From: Takakia lepidozioides
Lineage: Eukaryota; Plantae; Bryophyta
Assembly: GCA_030704615.1 (NCBI GenBank)
Contig: CM060731.1
Location: 63,860,001 to 63,924,000, forward strand
DNA: 64,000 nt
Reading direction: 5' to 3'
Shown one piece after another: positions 38,255-51,345 of the stretch (within the stretch, counting starts at the first letter, position 1; the number at the start of each line of letters is the position of its first letter). Made by a program: the position numbers and the translations under genes. A model generated the notes under the pieces. The model was not told the origin of the DNA. It ran no database searches and saw only the letters and a program-made list of their open reading frames with translations.

Positions 38255-41160
38255 ATGGCGGGGGCGCTCATAACTACTAGATCAGCTACACAGCTCTTCT
38301 CGCATCTTTCCTTGTTCATGGCGGTGCTGCTACTGTGTTGTGGTGGATTGTGGCCGGTTGGAGTAAGAGGTTCAGACATGGCGGCCCTGCTGGACTTCAA
38401 GGACGGGCTGAAAGGGCTGGCCCACAACCAACTCTCCGATTGGGTCGCCACTGATATGTCTCCTTGCAACTGGACAGGGGTTGCTTGCAATGCTGACAGA
38501 CGCGTTACAAAGCTCTCTCTTTCGGGACTGGGAATGTCAGGGTTGATTTCTTCCAATCTTTGGTCCATATCTAGTTTACAACATTTGGACCTGAGTGATG
38601 GTCACACTACAGCAAATGGGGGGGGTTTACGACGCCAACCCCGCAGCCAAACCACGCGGGAGTGAAACCCGGCGCCGGGGCCAGGCGGCGACGCCTGGCT
38701 GTCGCACAGAGTGATGACGCTCTATCTGGGAGCATCCCTCCCCAGATAGGAAATCTTCTCAACTTACAACACCTTAACCTTTCCCTGAATTATAATATTA
38801 GTGGGCCCATCCCTCCGGAGCTAGGCCACTGTAGCAGCTTGCAGGAGCTTGATCTTAGCCAGAATTACTTAACAGGTGATATTCCAGAGGCGTTGGGGAA
38901 TCTCCAGAAGTTGAGAAGTCTGAAGCTCGTTGGTTGTGAAATCATTGGCGTCATACCTAATTTGCTCAGTAACTGCACCAGCTTGGAGGTAAGTTAGTAT
39001 TTCTTGTCCAAGTATGAAATGGGTTTATTATCACTTTTCCAGTCAATTTGCTGTCTGCAGAAGTGATTTGACTTTCTTCTTTGATAACATGATATTTTAA
39101 ACCTTTGTGCCAAGATGGATTGTCGGTAGTATTGTCACAAGCTCCTTTTGAGGCAGCTCCCTTTCACTAATTCAGGACATACTTTACTTCACAGTTTATT
39201 GGCATCTCAAGGACTTGAGAAGTCTGAATGCATACTTCGTCAAGCTCAACCTGGAGACGAGTGTTCCTTGCCAACACCACAGTCAAACTTGGATGAGTTA
39301 AAAAAACTTGGTGATCTTAACACCTAACAGGTTGAGAGATCTAATGTTTAGGCGAATATCATCAAGCGACGTTGTGACTTGCAGTGACATCGAAAATGAC
39401 ACAAAAATGCCCTGAAGCAGCCCTTGATGCTGCCATAGCTGCCCTGAGTGCACTAACCTGGGTTAGCGAATGGGGAGCCCTTTGCTTATAAAGAACCTTG
39501 TAGAAATGGAAATAAGTATTTTCACCCGTGCTAGATTGTCCCGGCGACTACATAAAATTCACAGTAATTTTTCTTTCGGTAATCACAGAATGTTGCTTCA
39601 AGGCCTGACATACCGTAAATACTTGTATTCTTGCAGGAGCTTGATCTTAGCCGGAATTACTTAACAGGTGTTATTCCAGAGGCGTTGGGAATCTCCAGAA
39701 GTTGAGAAGTCTGAATCTGGCTCTCTGTGGATTCACTGGCTCCATACCACCTTGGCTCTCTAATTGCGACAACTTGGAGGTCAGTTCCCTTGTCCCTTTT
39801 CACAATGGTTTATGCTCTACACTCTCATACCGTTATAACAGCTAAAAGATTTGAATCGGCATTGCACATAAAAGAGTTTGAAATAATTGAAATATCAAGT
39901 GCACGCAACAAAGATTCAATTCCCAATCCAAACTTGTAAATTAAGCAAAAACTTGTGGATACGACCAAAGTGTTCAGCACTGCGAGGCACTCACAAATAC
40001 GCCTTGATTCGCAGACGATCGACCTTTCATTCAACGCATTTCTTGGTTCAATTCCACAGGAGCTCGCTGCCCTCCAACACATTGTCACGTTTTATGTGGG
40101 ATTTAATCAGCTTGCAGGTTCAGTACCGGCGTGGCTTGGCAACTGGCAGAATTTGTCATACTTGGATCTTTCCAGCAATCGGTTTACGGGCAGCATCCCT
40201 CCCGAGTTGGGCAACTGCTCTAGACTGGTATATCTCTACATTCACAACAATTTGCTGTCAGGAACAATTCCTCGAGAGCTTTGCACTGCCATCTCTCTCT
40301 CGAGAGTGGTGCTCAGCTTCAATAACCACCATCATGGAAACATTTCGGAGGTGCAACAACTTGACAACGATAGACCTATCATCAAATCAGTTGGTGGGTT
40401 TCCTTCCTTCCTATTGGAGTGACATCCCGGACTTGAAAATCCTGCGTCTTTCAATATGGAGAAATACCTGTTGAGATGTGCATAGGCGTCCATCTCTCTC
40501 AACTCGATTTGAGCCACAATTCTCTTACAGGACGAATTCCCCCTCAAATAGGGCGGCTGACAAGTCTTCAGTATATCAATTTGTCGCACAACATACTCAT
40601 TGGGATTATCCCCCATCAGATATGGGAGCTCATAAATCTCCAGATATTGATCCTATCACACAACAACCTCACAGGGTCTATCCCTAGTAACATCGGTGCT
40701 GCTTTTCTGGCATCTAGAGTCCAGTCGGATAAGTTGAAGGATTATAGCCATTATATGGGGATTATCTTGGATCTCTCTTGGAATTATCTTTCCGGAAGTA
40801 TTCCCCAAGAGATCGGCAATTTTACATACCTGATATAGCTCCGGCTGGTTGGCAATAAGTTGACAGGACCTCTACCTATAGAGCTCTCCATTCTTACAAA
40901 GCTAATTATATTGGATTTATCCTACAATAAGTCAATGGGGAAATCCCTCGAGAACTTCCAGAACTCCAAAGCCTGAGCAAAGCCTGTACAGGTTCTAAAT
41001 TTGGCCTATAACAATTTGACGGGTTCGATTCCCGCATAGCTCGGGAATATGTCAGGTCTATCAAACATCAATTCAACTGGCAACCTGCTTTTGAGTCTCA
41101 TCTATCTCATCTGGAAGTGAGCTACATCCAACTCAATGGGGATCTTCTTTTCCAGATGCT
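38255..41160 (+). pseudogene. LRR receptor(-like kinase) ectodomain pseudogene, EMS1/BRI1-like architecture
   Basis: Signal peptide, LRRNT (AALLDFK..LSDW..SPCNWTGVAC), many plant-type LxxLxLSxNxLTGxIP repeats and an island-like segment. Has frameshifts, stops and an insertion. No TM or kinase follows. Confidence 0.88.
38601..38708 (+). mobile_element. 108-bp GC-rich insertion with 8-bp target duplication
   Basis: GAGTGATG occurs at 38593-38600 and 38709-38716. Removing the insert restores DLSDDALSGSIPP. It contains CACTACAGCAAAT near its left end. Confidence 0.8.
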
Positions 41161-42139
41161 AGAATACATTCATTCTACATAACATAACAGTGAGAGAGAA
41201 CACAGAGATGCAGAGAGACAATAATAATCTGATTTAATACGCTCTAGGGAAGCCACATTGGTATGCTTTTGAGATGTCCCCGTCTTTGAATCTACACTAC
41301 GAGGAAACGAACTGTCAATCTAGAGCAGTTGCCCAACTTAGGAGGGATACTGGCCCGCGTCGTCTGATTGAGGAAAAGATCTAAGCATTGATACATTGTG
41401 CCAATCGCCAGTTGGAATCAGACCGTTTAATATGTTTGATGGTAGGTTAGTTTTCCTTAACAACAGAGAGTAGGAAAAAAAATAACATTTAGACAAGGTT
41501 AACACTTAACACATTAATAGTTAGGGAGGAATTCATAAAGCACCTTAACATTTACAAAATGACACTTACACAACATCCACTTCTTTTACATGAGCAATTA
41601 GAGGCACAATCTCAATAACCATGCAAAATATCTTGTAAACATCTCATGTAGGTACAACTAGCACATCTAGACAATCCTATCTGAGACTCTAAAAGAACAA
41701 CCTCCATCTTAAGTCCAGAAACCAGATCCACCACCCACTGGACCAGGTTGGAGTAGGCCTTGGCTCATTCCTTGTTCTTGTACTATACATGGATCATGCC
41801 ATTTTGTTTTGTGTTAATCTGTCATTTTTACAATATCTTACCAAGACCGAGTTAAAGTGAACAGCCTTTGAGATGACTGATTACAAACCCGTTTGGGCAT
41901 TCAAATAATACTACTATTCTTTTGCCTCGTGCTTACTAATATATTAAATCGAAGTGTGCCCTCTTTGGCATGACACAATGCAAATTTGTAGCCACTTCCT
42001 TGGAAGTCAATATTAAACTTTCTAAAACTCAAGCCCCTCAACTTTGACTTATACCATGTATGTACTCGCCCCGATTTAGTATTTGTAGTGGGGGTTGTAG
42101 TGGGGGTTGTGTCTGAGCATCCCTCAAATCCGGGGCTAG

Positions 42140-42680
42140 CGCATTGCAGTCAAACATATCTTTAGATACTTAAAGGTACAACGGCAAGTGGTCTTAAATA
42201 TTCCTCACAAGGACAACATGCAGCTTCCACGTTGGTTGGGTATTGTGATGGGGCTAGGCTGGTGAGATAGACAGTAGAAAATCCGCTACTGGCTACGCTT
42301 TGCTCGGAGATGGGGTTGTTAGTGGTTAGTACACGAAAGCATACAGTCGCCTTGTCTAGCACAGAAGTAGAGTATAAAGCTGCTTCTGAAGCTACCAACG
42401 ATGCTGTGTGGATTAGACAGCTCTTACGCGATGTTTGACAAGCCCAATAACTGCAACGGTTGTCAAATGTGATAATCGATCGAAGCTGTATTGCACTTTC
42501 TTAAGATCATAAGTTCCATGCATGGACAAAACATATAGAGATCCAATACCACTATATACATGAAGTGATCACACAAGATATTGTGCTGCTAGAGTACTGT
42601 AGCACTGATGACAACGTTGCTGATATATTTACGAAAGCATTTACCAAGTTCAAGCATGAATTTGTGCTACTCGACTAAGT
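42140..42680 (+). mobile_element. Ty1/Copia RT-RNase H fragment
   Basis: LRYLKGT, GYCD, STEVEYKAASEA..AVWIRQLL, HAWTKHIEIQYH and NVADIFTKA. Confidence 0.88.
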
Positions 42681-43423
42681 GTTATCTCTACTTGACTTCT
42701 TAAGTTCACACCTGTTCACACTACTCTCTGGAGTTATGTGATGATCCAACCGATTTGTTTCTCCAGCAAAACTGACCACCTTGTTCAAGTAATGAGCTTA
42801 TGGGATCTAAAAACGGTTTTTGGAGTGTAGCCTAACTCTACATACCTCACTATCTAAGAAATGGTAAAGGCTTGGTAGATAGGTAAATTAAGTAGCTAGT
42901 ACTAGTGTCCTTTCAGGTCTAAACCACTCAGGCTATAGTCATCAGGCTATAGTCATTTAACTATAACCGGACCAGACAACATTTTTGCTTACCCGCCAAT
43001 AGAATATAATCAAAGGGTAATTATCTATTAATTATCGTTACCCTATATACATGATGTAGCTAGGTTACCCCTCGATTATTTTGTCAATATTACAAGCATT
43101 GTTGATTTCTTTTTCTGTTTTTTTCAGAAGAGGGGAAGTAGCCCTCAAATATATTAATAAGGACAAAGAGTACAGGAGGAAAAAATAACCTTAGCCGGGC
43201 TGTGAAGGCGTTACATCTTAGTATACAATCCAATAAACAATAACAATACATTTATTTATTATATCCTCAAGGTATAAATGAGTTTATTTATTTATTTATG
43301 CCCTTCAAAACTTGGCAATCATATATACCTTACCTGGAGGGTAAATATAATTCTAAAAATACAGTATGCCCTGACCTGGAGGGTGTGTTTAATACAATAT
43401 ACCTACACAACACTGGTCTTAAC

Positions 43424-43780
43424 GAGTGTTGGGCGGTTATTTGAATTTCTCTCTAATACCCGGCGGTTACCTATCCGGTTATATATATATATATATATAT
43501 GACCGGCGGAGGTGAAAAAATGAAGTAACCGGTCCAGTTAGGAACCGACAGCGCCGCATTCAAATAACCGAGCAATAAACCTCTTAAAGAACCGCCCAAT
43601 ACCCGTGGTTATTTGATGAAAACCGCCGGTTATTTGAGGTTTTTGTAAGTATCCGTAACGGCTGAGGTTATATTTAGCCATAAAAAACTTAATAACCGCA
43701 ACCGCGGTTAATAGTTTCCGAAAATTCGAAACAACCGGAACCGCCGATTATGGAAAAAATCAAATTACCGCCCAACACTG
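43424..43780. mobile_element. hAT-type MITE
   Basis: TIRs (G)AGTGTTGGGCGGTTATTTGA / TCAAATTACCGCCCAACACTG, 8-bp TSD GTCTTAAC (43416-43423, 43781-43788) and many subterminal AACCG/CGGTT motifs. Confidence 0.88.
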
Positions 43781-44247
43781 GTCTTAACCTAATATGAAGG
43801 GACAGATTGAACTGTTCAAGAGAATCTGTTGAGTAGATAATAATAATATATGACACCTCCCCAATGAAGCGTAAATTATGGTGTCTCTTCACCCGGAGGG
43901 ATGTTTCCCGCTAGGAAGGTGGACACCTTTGGACACCAATCGGTGGTTTGAACCCACAATCGCTTCACCGCTTCCTCGGTGATATGTGCCCAATATTGAA
44001 CAGATACAATTGATTGTCTCTCTTGCGTCTTGACTGCTTTCATCTCGAGTGCTTTCTTTTGCATCTGGAATGCGATGTATTGCTCGCATGCTTTCCTTTG
44101 CATCTCGAGTGCTTTCTTTTCCATCTCGAGTGCGTTCTCTCTCACTTGTGTAGATGGCACTGAAATTGCCTCGACTATCCCATCATTGCGTACGTCGTTC
44201 TCTAGTGTAGGGATTATCCCGGAAATCCAAGAATTTCTTGGAAAATC

Positions 44248-47200
44248 CTAGAATATCCTGGAATATTCGGGATGGCCTAAAAACGGGTCGCCATCTATAT
44301 TGATGTTTGATGGACCTGGCATATTCAGTAGCTGTACGGGAATCACACTCGTCAAATCGTTATGGGCCAAGTTTAGAACCTGTAGGATTCGGAGTTCTCT
44401 AAGTTCTGGGAGGGATGCTGCCCGTAAACCGATTCCTCGAAAGATCCAAGTATGACAGGTTCTGGCAGTTGCCAAGCCACGCTGGCGCTGAACCTGCAAG
44501 CTGATTACTTCCCACATGAAACTTGACAATGTATTGGAGGGCAGCCAGGTCCTATGGAATCGAACCATGCAATGCGTTGAATGAAAGGTTGATCGTCTGC
44601 AAATCAGCGCGTATTGTGAGTGCCTCGCAGTGCTCAACACTTTGGTCATATCCACAAGTTTTTGCTTAAATTACAAGTTTGGATTGTGAATTGAATCTTC
44701 GTTGCGTGTACTTGATATTTCAATTATTTCAAACTCTTTTGAATGCAATGCCGATTCAAATCTTTTAGCTGTAGTGGTGTAAGAAAGTACTTAGAGCATA
44801 AACGAGAGAAAATCTTGCATAGCTTTATAAAAAGTTCCAAGTGGGGTGACTGTACAAATGGGTGTAACTGTCCCCAAGAGGAAACAACCAAAGCTCGTAG
44901 AACTAGATATATTAACACAATGAAAGAAATCAAACTATTCTAGTATCACCTACAGCCTGAAGAAGGTTAGACAACAAGAAAGAAGGTGGATCAGAGAGTG
45001 CAGGGAGACGAGATGAAGCCGCCCCAGCAACCTCTGCCCGTCGTAAAATAGATTGAGCTTGAGCCTTTTGCAAAGCAACAGAAACTCGTTGTCTAAAGAA
45101 AGCTACAAGAACAGAGGCATATAGGCTTCCAAGGCTTTTGTTTTCTGCTGCACGATGGGCACATGTGCGAAGGAACTCGTTGAACTGATGATGCAAACAA
45201 CCAAAGATCTCGACTGCCAAAGGAAGGAATGTGTCTGTGGAATGACGTGCCCGATAGTCATGCTCCTTTCCCTGCGCAGCTACTGAAGCGACAACTCCCT
45301 GTGATGAGGCTGTGCGGGGCAGGAGATCCGACCTAGTAGGATCAGCGATAACAACGTCCGCCAATGTACGTAGTCCGTCCTGTGAGATAACAATGTCAAC
45401 CCGTCGTCGAGTGGAATGGTGATTGTGGGTCGATGGGAGTATGTGCACCTGCTCTCGAATGACATGTATCCCAGCATCACGAGTAACCGCAGCTGTTGCA
45501 TCCCGGACGACGTCATGGGTCGCAGTGCGTTCTCCACCGCAGGGGCAACGAAGGAGATGTACGCCGAGTGAATCGAGAGGATGGCGACAAAAACACTGTT
45601 GTAGTCCTAACACAGAGGGATGCGGAAGACCCAGTCGAATTCGTAGGGAGGTGGTAAATACAGCAGAAGACATACAGAAGGGTGCAATGGTTGGTCGTAC
45701 TGTGAGCCACACGCCAGCTCCGAGCCCTACGCACGAGAGAAGTCTGGCCCGATGTGCATTTGAAGGAGCGTCGGAAAGCATGCTGGCAAATGAGTGTCGG
45801 TGCACGCGTTCCATGATGATATCCTGTAAATGCTCCAGACCTTGAGTGACCAACTGTTCAAAGGGTGGCAGACAAGCCCGTGCTGGTGTTGGAATGACAA
45901 AGAGCCATCGTCGATGTGGGCAACCACCTCCATGAGAAAAGGGCGTTGCTGACACAGAAACCGAGATGCCAAGGCTGGAGCGATTAAAGCCCAACTACCT
46001 AGGAAGGCATCAGGGGCAGTGACGACTGTGGATAGTAAACCCACTCCTCCAGAAGAGATCGGGAGGGTAGCCTGACGACATGCCAAGGGCCCCTGCTCAC
46101 TATCAAATGCACCTGGGCCCTAATAGATGACCTAAAATCCCCCTAACAGTCGTATCAAAAGAAGATAGAAGCTCCACAAACTGGGGAGTGGGGGGGAAAC
46201 AACGCAAAAGATAAGAAGGTCGCTGTAAAAAGCATTTGGTGAGAATGCCATGGGCTACCTGCATATCGCCTAGTTTGGGAAGAAGCTCTATATGGCTTGT
46301 ATCCTGTAGCAAAGCGTCTTGGAGGAAAGATGTTGTATAAGGGGTATTACCAAAGGGAACACCTAACACTCGAATACCCTCAAATGGTGCTAGAAAGTCA
46401 ACAGGGGGCACGAAATCTGAAGGCAGACCAGAGGGTGACCAAACTGTGGATTTGCGAGGTTGAACAGTGAGCCCAAGAGAGTGAAGTTGGGTAGCAAAGT
46501 GATGGAAAGCCAAAATGATATCAGTGGGAGGGCCAATGATGTGGGTATCATCAGCAATAGAAGGAATTATACAGGATTGGAAGGCTTGCGCAGATGAGCG
46601 AAGGGCTCGGAAGGGGGCAAAAGCAAAAAGAGGTCCCCCTAATGGATCGCCCTGACGGGTTCCTACTTCGGACTAGATTATAGAAAGATCTCCGGTACGG
46701 GTGTGATGACTGTAAAACAAGGGGGTGGAGGAAGCATAAAACAATCTCACAAAGGGAATGAGTTGATGGCATGCGCCGCCGGCTGATCGCAGTTCTTGAA
46801 ATATTGCTGATCTGGACACCGTGTTGAAGGCGTTGGTCACATCCACCTGAAGGACGACCCAGTCTGGATGAAGGTCAAGGGAAGCCCGAATCCCATGCAC
46901 CACCGCTTCACAACCTCCCGGAGTAGCGACCCCAAACTGATGTGGAGAAAAGTGAGAAGAAAAGACCTCCCGAAACTGGATGCAGATAGAGCGGCTCACC
47001 AAGCGATACAGAACCTCCCCCACTGCAATAGGACGAATCCCACCTATGTTCTTGGACATGGCCAAGAGCCGTGCTGCTCCAAGCAAACGTGCTACTGGGG
47101 TAGGTATATGTCCCATCGCAATGAAATAGCAAACTTGGAACAGCTGGGAAAAGCCACTAGCAGAGTCATGTTGATTGAGACAATCACGGAGGTGTTCATA

Positions 47201-47870
47201 TACCAAACCAGACGGACCGGCTGCTGCAAGATGAGGGCTACGTGTGGATGCTTGTATGAAAGTATCGCGATCCGATTGAAGGTCCTCATCAGGTTCAAAG
47301 TCCTTCACAAAGGAAGGAAGGATGTCGTCCGCACTGGGGTGGAGATTCTCCAAAGCTGTGACTGTATCAGCCGAAGGCGGTGCTGGGGTAAGAGGAGCAA
47401 GAGCTCGAGTTGCACGGGAATACTCTCCTGCCCGGTCTAGCATAAGACTCCGACGAAGACGCATGTGGATGGATGGAGTTGCCTGGTGTGGGCTATCGTG
47501 AGCTATTCGCGCCGCAAGTGCTTGTGCACGTAGATAAACCATTGTCAAATTGGGACAAGGGAACTGACCTCCAAGTTGTTGCAATTAGAAAGCGAAGATG
47601 GTATGGGGCCAGTGATCCCACAATGAGCCAGATTCAGACTTCTCAACTTCTGGAGATTTCCCAATGCACCTGGAATATAAGTACCTGTTAACCGGTAATT
47701 CCAGTTAAGATCAAGCTCCTGCAAGAATACAAGTATTTACGTTATGTCAGGCTTGAAGCAACATTCTGTGATTAACAAAAGAAAAATTACTACGAATTTT
47801 ATATAGTCGAACAATCTGGCACTGATCAAAATACTTGTTTCCATTTCTACAAGGTTCCTTATAATTAACC
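44248..47870 (-). pseudogene. Inverted partial duplicate of the LRR pseudogene (44248-44803 and 47534-47870), interrupted by a non-LTR element
   Basis: Reverse complement of ~39465-40205 plus ~40945-41090, including the introns. Confidence 0.85.
44804..47533 (-). mobile_element. 5'-truncated CRE-like non-LTR retrotransposon (RT + CCHC + restriction-like endonuclease)
   Basis: RT motifs AAGPSG, IRPIAVGE, QFGV..PGG, DVTNAFNTVSR, GTRQGDPLG and IADD. C-terminal C..C..HLLRC, HD..RD, RVDIV..LADVVIADP and FLPLAVEIFG. TSD ATAAAC (44798-44803, 47534-47539), with the empty site present in the paralog at ~39808. Confidence 0.9.
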
Positions 47871-48394
47871 AAAGGGCTCTCCCTCTATGCACATGAACTC
47901 AAGGCACAACATAGTAGGCGATGAACTCAGAGTGACAGCCGCCGCGCAGTGGCGACGGTCACCCCCTCCGGCCCTAAAACGCTTAGGGAACAGACGGCCC
48001 AGGGTGCAGCACGTGGCGAAATCCCCCACGGCTGCCACGCCAACAGGCAGCGCTGGCCGTTGGATGGTGGATACCACGGGATCGGGTTCCCAGGCGCCAA
48101 GCGGTGGTTCTGTTGATGCTTTATGGTGCCACTCAGCCAAGGAACGCGTGCTTTCTGGCTTTTTTTTTTTCGTTTTTTCCACTGCTTTTTTATAAGGGCG
48201 TGTCGCAGCCCACAAAGTTTGAGTGCTTTCTCGCTTTATTTCACCTGAAAAACATGGGTTGGATACCATCCACACTTTAGAAAATGTACAGGGCTCCAAT
48301 CTCGCAAAATATCCGTGATTGCCATGGTCGGACTAGATATCAAGAAATCAAGAATGGCACTCACGACTTTTTCAATGATGAAAGCATTCCAAAT

Positions 48395-49380
48395 ATGTCT
48401 GTTGCAGAAACAACAGACATTATGGACTATAATGAGACTGACAGAATTGTTGTAGGTCCACGAAGACTCTTACTTTTTCCTGTAACAGTGCTCAGCACTT
48501 TAGAAGGCAGTGGTATCACGATGGTTCCCAACACTTGCAAATATTGTTGGACTAAGTTTTTTATTTATTTTATTTTATTTTATTTTATTTAAATAAAAAA
48601 AAATAAAATTCTGGGGCCCTATATTTGTCCGTGTCAGCGATCGTGGATTTGGCCTCATATAGCTAAGACAAAAGGGAAATTTTTTTTTAAACAAAATTTA
48701 AAGTTAAAAAAAATTGTAGGCCAATAGTATTTGTAGGGTGCTGAGTACCACGATCGTTGACAATATCAATGAAAACAATTAGACTCTCCCTATCTATCAC
48801 GATCGTGGTGCCCAACACTTGCAAATATTGTTGGCCTAAAGTTTTTTTTTTAAAGCAAATAGGCCTTATATATGTCCATTTTCCTCGATCATTAATGATC
48901 GTGGATTTGGCCTCATGCAACTAGGCAAAAAAAAGTAAAACAAACAAAACAAACAAACAAAAACAAAAAAACGATTGTTGACGATCGTGGTAGATAGATA
49001 GACTCTATTTTTTCACTATCAATGCACAAATATGAACCAAACACAACACTGCAGAAGCTATTGCTACCACGGTTGTTTCCAGCACTTGCAAATATTGTTG
49101 GCCTAGGTTTTTTTTTTTTTTGGGGGGGGGGGAGCCTTATACATCCATTTCAAGCCTCGATCTTCAACAATCGTGGATTTGGCCTCAAGGCTCATGCAGC
49201 TAAGGCATAAAAAAAAAACTTAGGCCAACAGTATCTACAAGTGCTAGTAACCACGATCGTGGTGGCACTACCTTCTACAATGTTTTGTTAATATTTGTGT
49301 GCACTGATAGCGAAAAAAATGAGAACCTTTATGTAAGTCTATGTATAGTCCATCATGTCTGTTGTTTCTACACGCATGTT
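48395..49380. repeat. Foldback/MITE-like element with long imperfect inverted ends and internal repeats
   Basis: GAAACAACAGACATTATGGACTATA (~48407) is inverted at ~49341-49368. CACTTGCAAATATTGTTGG occurs three times direct, with diverged inverted copies. Confidence 0.65.
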
Positions 49381-51004
49381 CACAGAAAAAATTGTTGCAC
49401 AACATTACCACAACTGAATTGCTCATTATGGTTAAGCAATGGGATTCTTTTTGTCGTTCATATCATTTTCTACGTTAACCAATCTCCCGCTCAATTGGCA
49501 TGTGGGCCCATGACATAATAAATGACAATTAATATAAGTTTTGGATGACGATGTCAAAAATCATTCCCTCTCCTAAAATCTAACTTACTTTGGATGGAAA
49601 TCAATAGCATTCTGTAAGGCTGATGTCATGGTTTTAGTCATGGTTATCTAGAATTACCTACTTCTAGTTAACTAGGACATTTTAGATATTTATATTTATA
49701 TTTTGTGTGTTGGGACTTCATTTGGTCTCACATGCCAAGTGAGGTGTCGAGCCTCACTTGAGACATGGAGATAGGTTTTCCCCTTGTGAGTGTTGAGGAG
49801 GCTCATCTTCTTGTAGTTGAGCCTCCATGAGCTTCTCTCACCTCCATAGCTCTAGGTATTGAGAGGGAGTGTGTTGAGATTGTAGGGTGGATTCCCTTAG
49901 CAAAGGTGCCCTTGGCTTGACTTAGTTTATGTGATAGAGTGGATTTCACTTGGAAGGACTAGGGCTTGTTCTTCATGTGATTGCTTCATGCTTTGAGAGC
50001 TTTCATTGTCTTCTACTTCTCTCATTTCTCATCTCTTATCACTACAAGAAGATGACCTTATGCTTGTGAGTGCGGAGTGTAAGGATTAGTTTTGCACTTG
50101 TATTTTAAAGAGGTTGAGAGCTAGGAGAATTTAGCTCTTGTATCATAAGGCTTGCAAGGGGTTGCAAGGAAAGGTGCTCGAGTATTGCATGCACCAAGGA
50201 GTTGGAGAGCTTGAAGAAAGCTCTTGAGTCACAAGATTTTGCAAGGATTGTAAGGAGGAGTCTCTGTGTGTGTGTGGAAGCATGGATTCTAGGGTTTGAG
50301 AATCCTTTGTATGCATTATGGAGTCGATGGTGTGCGCCATGGCTTGTGGAGAGACTAAAGGCTTGTTAGTGCTCATTTCACTATCAAGCTAGGGTTAAGC
50401 AAGTTCAAAGTGTGGATGTTGTGGAAGAGAAGCCAAGGAGCTATATATGCTTGGGCTTGAAGACAACAAGAGCAAGCACTTGGAGAGCACTAAGAAGCTC
50501 AAGAGGTTTTGAAAGGGAGCATGTGAAGAAATCTTCCAATCATGGTGGTGTGGAGCCAAGCTTAGGGTGCCATTGGAAGGGCTTGGAGAACATGTGGTGG
50601 GAAATCCTTGAAGGGAAATCATCATTCAATGTATGCATAGCTTCACCCTAACTATGTAATGTGACAAGAGGGGGAGGCAATACTTGGCTATTCATGCTCT
50701 TGGTAGTGAGAGCTTTGTGGTGGATAGTTGACCAAGCAAGTGGTGCATGTGTGGAGCATGCTCGCTGAGTTGCAATGGAGATATGGTAGTTTACAATCAA
50801 ATCCCAAGGACTAGAAGGGGGATTGATTTGGTGGACAATGACTTGCAAGTTGAGTTGGACCACTCTTGGTTGCACATTGGGGTGGAAGAGAGCAAGAAGA
50901 TGCCTCTTATGACCACCTAGAGACCATATTTTTGCTTGAGTAGAAGCATAGAAGTCAAGGACTTGCATTTTAGCTCTTCATTACAAACCCTAGTAGTGTA
51001 TGCT

Positions 51005-51345
51005 CAGACTATACCTCTATTAGTATACCAAACAAGAGCTTGTCCCTTTGACTATACCTCTGTTGAGGTATCACCATATGTGAACCCTAATGTGAGACTA
51101 TACCTCTGTTAGTATACCAAACAGGAGCTTGTCCATTTTACTATACCTCTATTGAGGTATCACCATATGTGAACCCTAATCAGCTCAGACTATACCTCTG
51201 TTAGTATACCAAACAGGAGCTTGTCCCTTTTACTATACCTCTGTTGAGGTATCACCATATGTGGATCCTAATCAGCTCAGACTATACCTCTGTTAGTATA
51301 CCAAACAGAACCCTCATTTTCAAACTATACCTCTGTTAAGGTATC
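51005..51345 (+). repeat. ~90-bp tandem repeat (nearly 4 units, two ACTATACCTCTGTT subunits each) in the leader of copy 2
   Basis: Read directly from the sequence. Confidence 0.9.

Noticed and set aside
43876-44240. Coiled-coil ORF with ALEM repeats
   Set aside because: Short, low-complexity and unassignable. It is likely a fragment.
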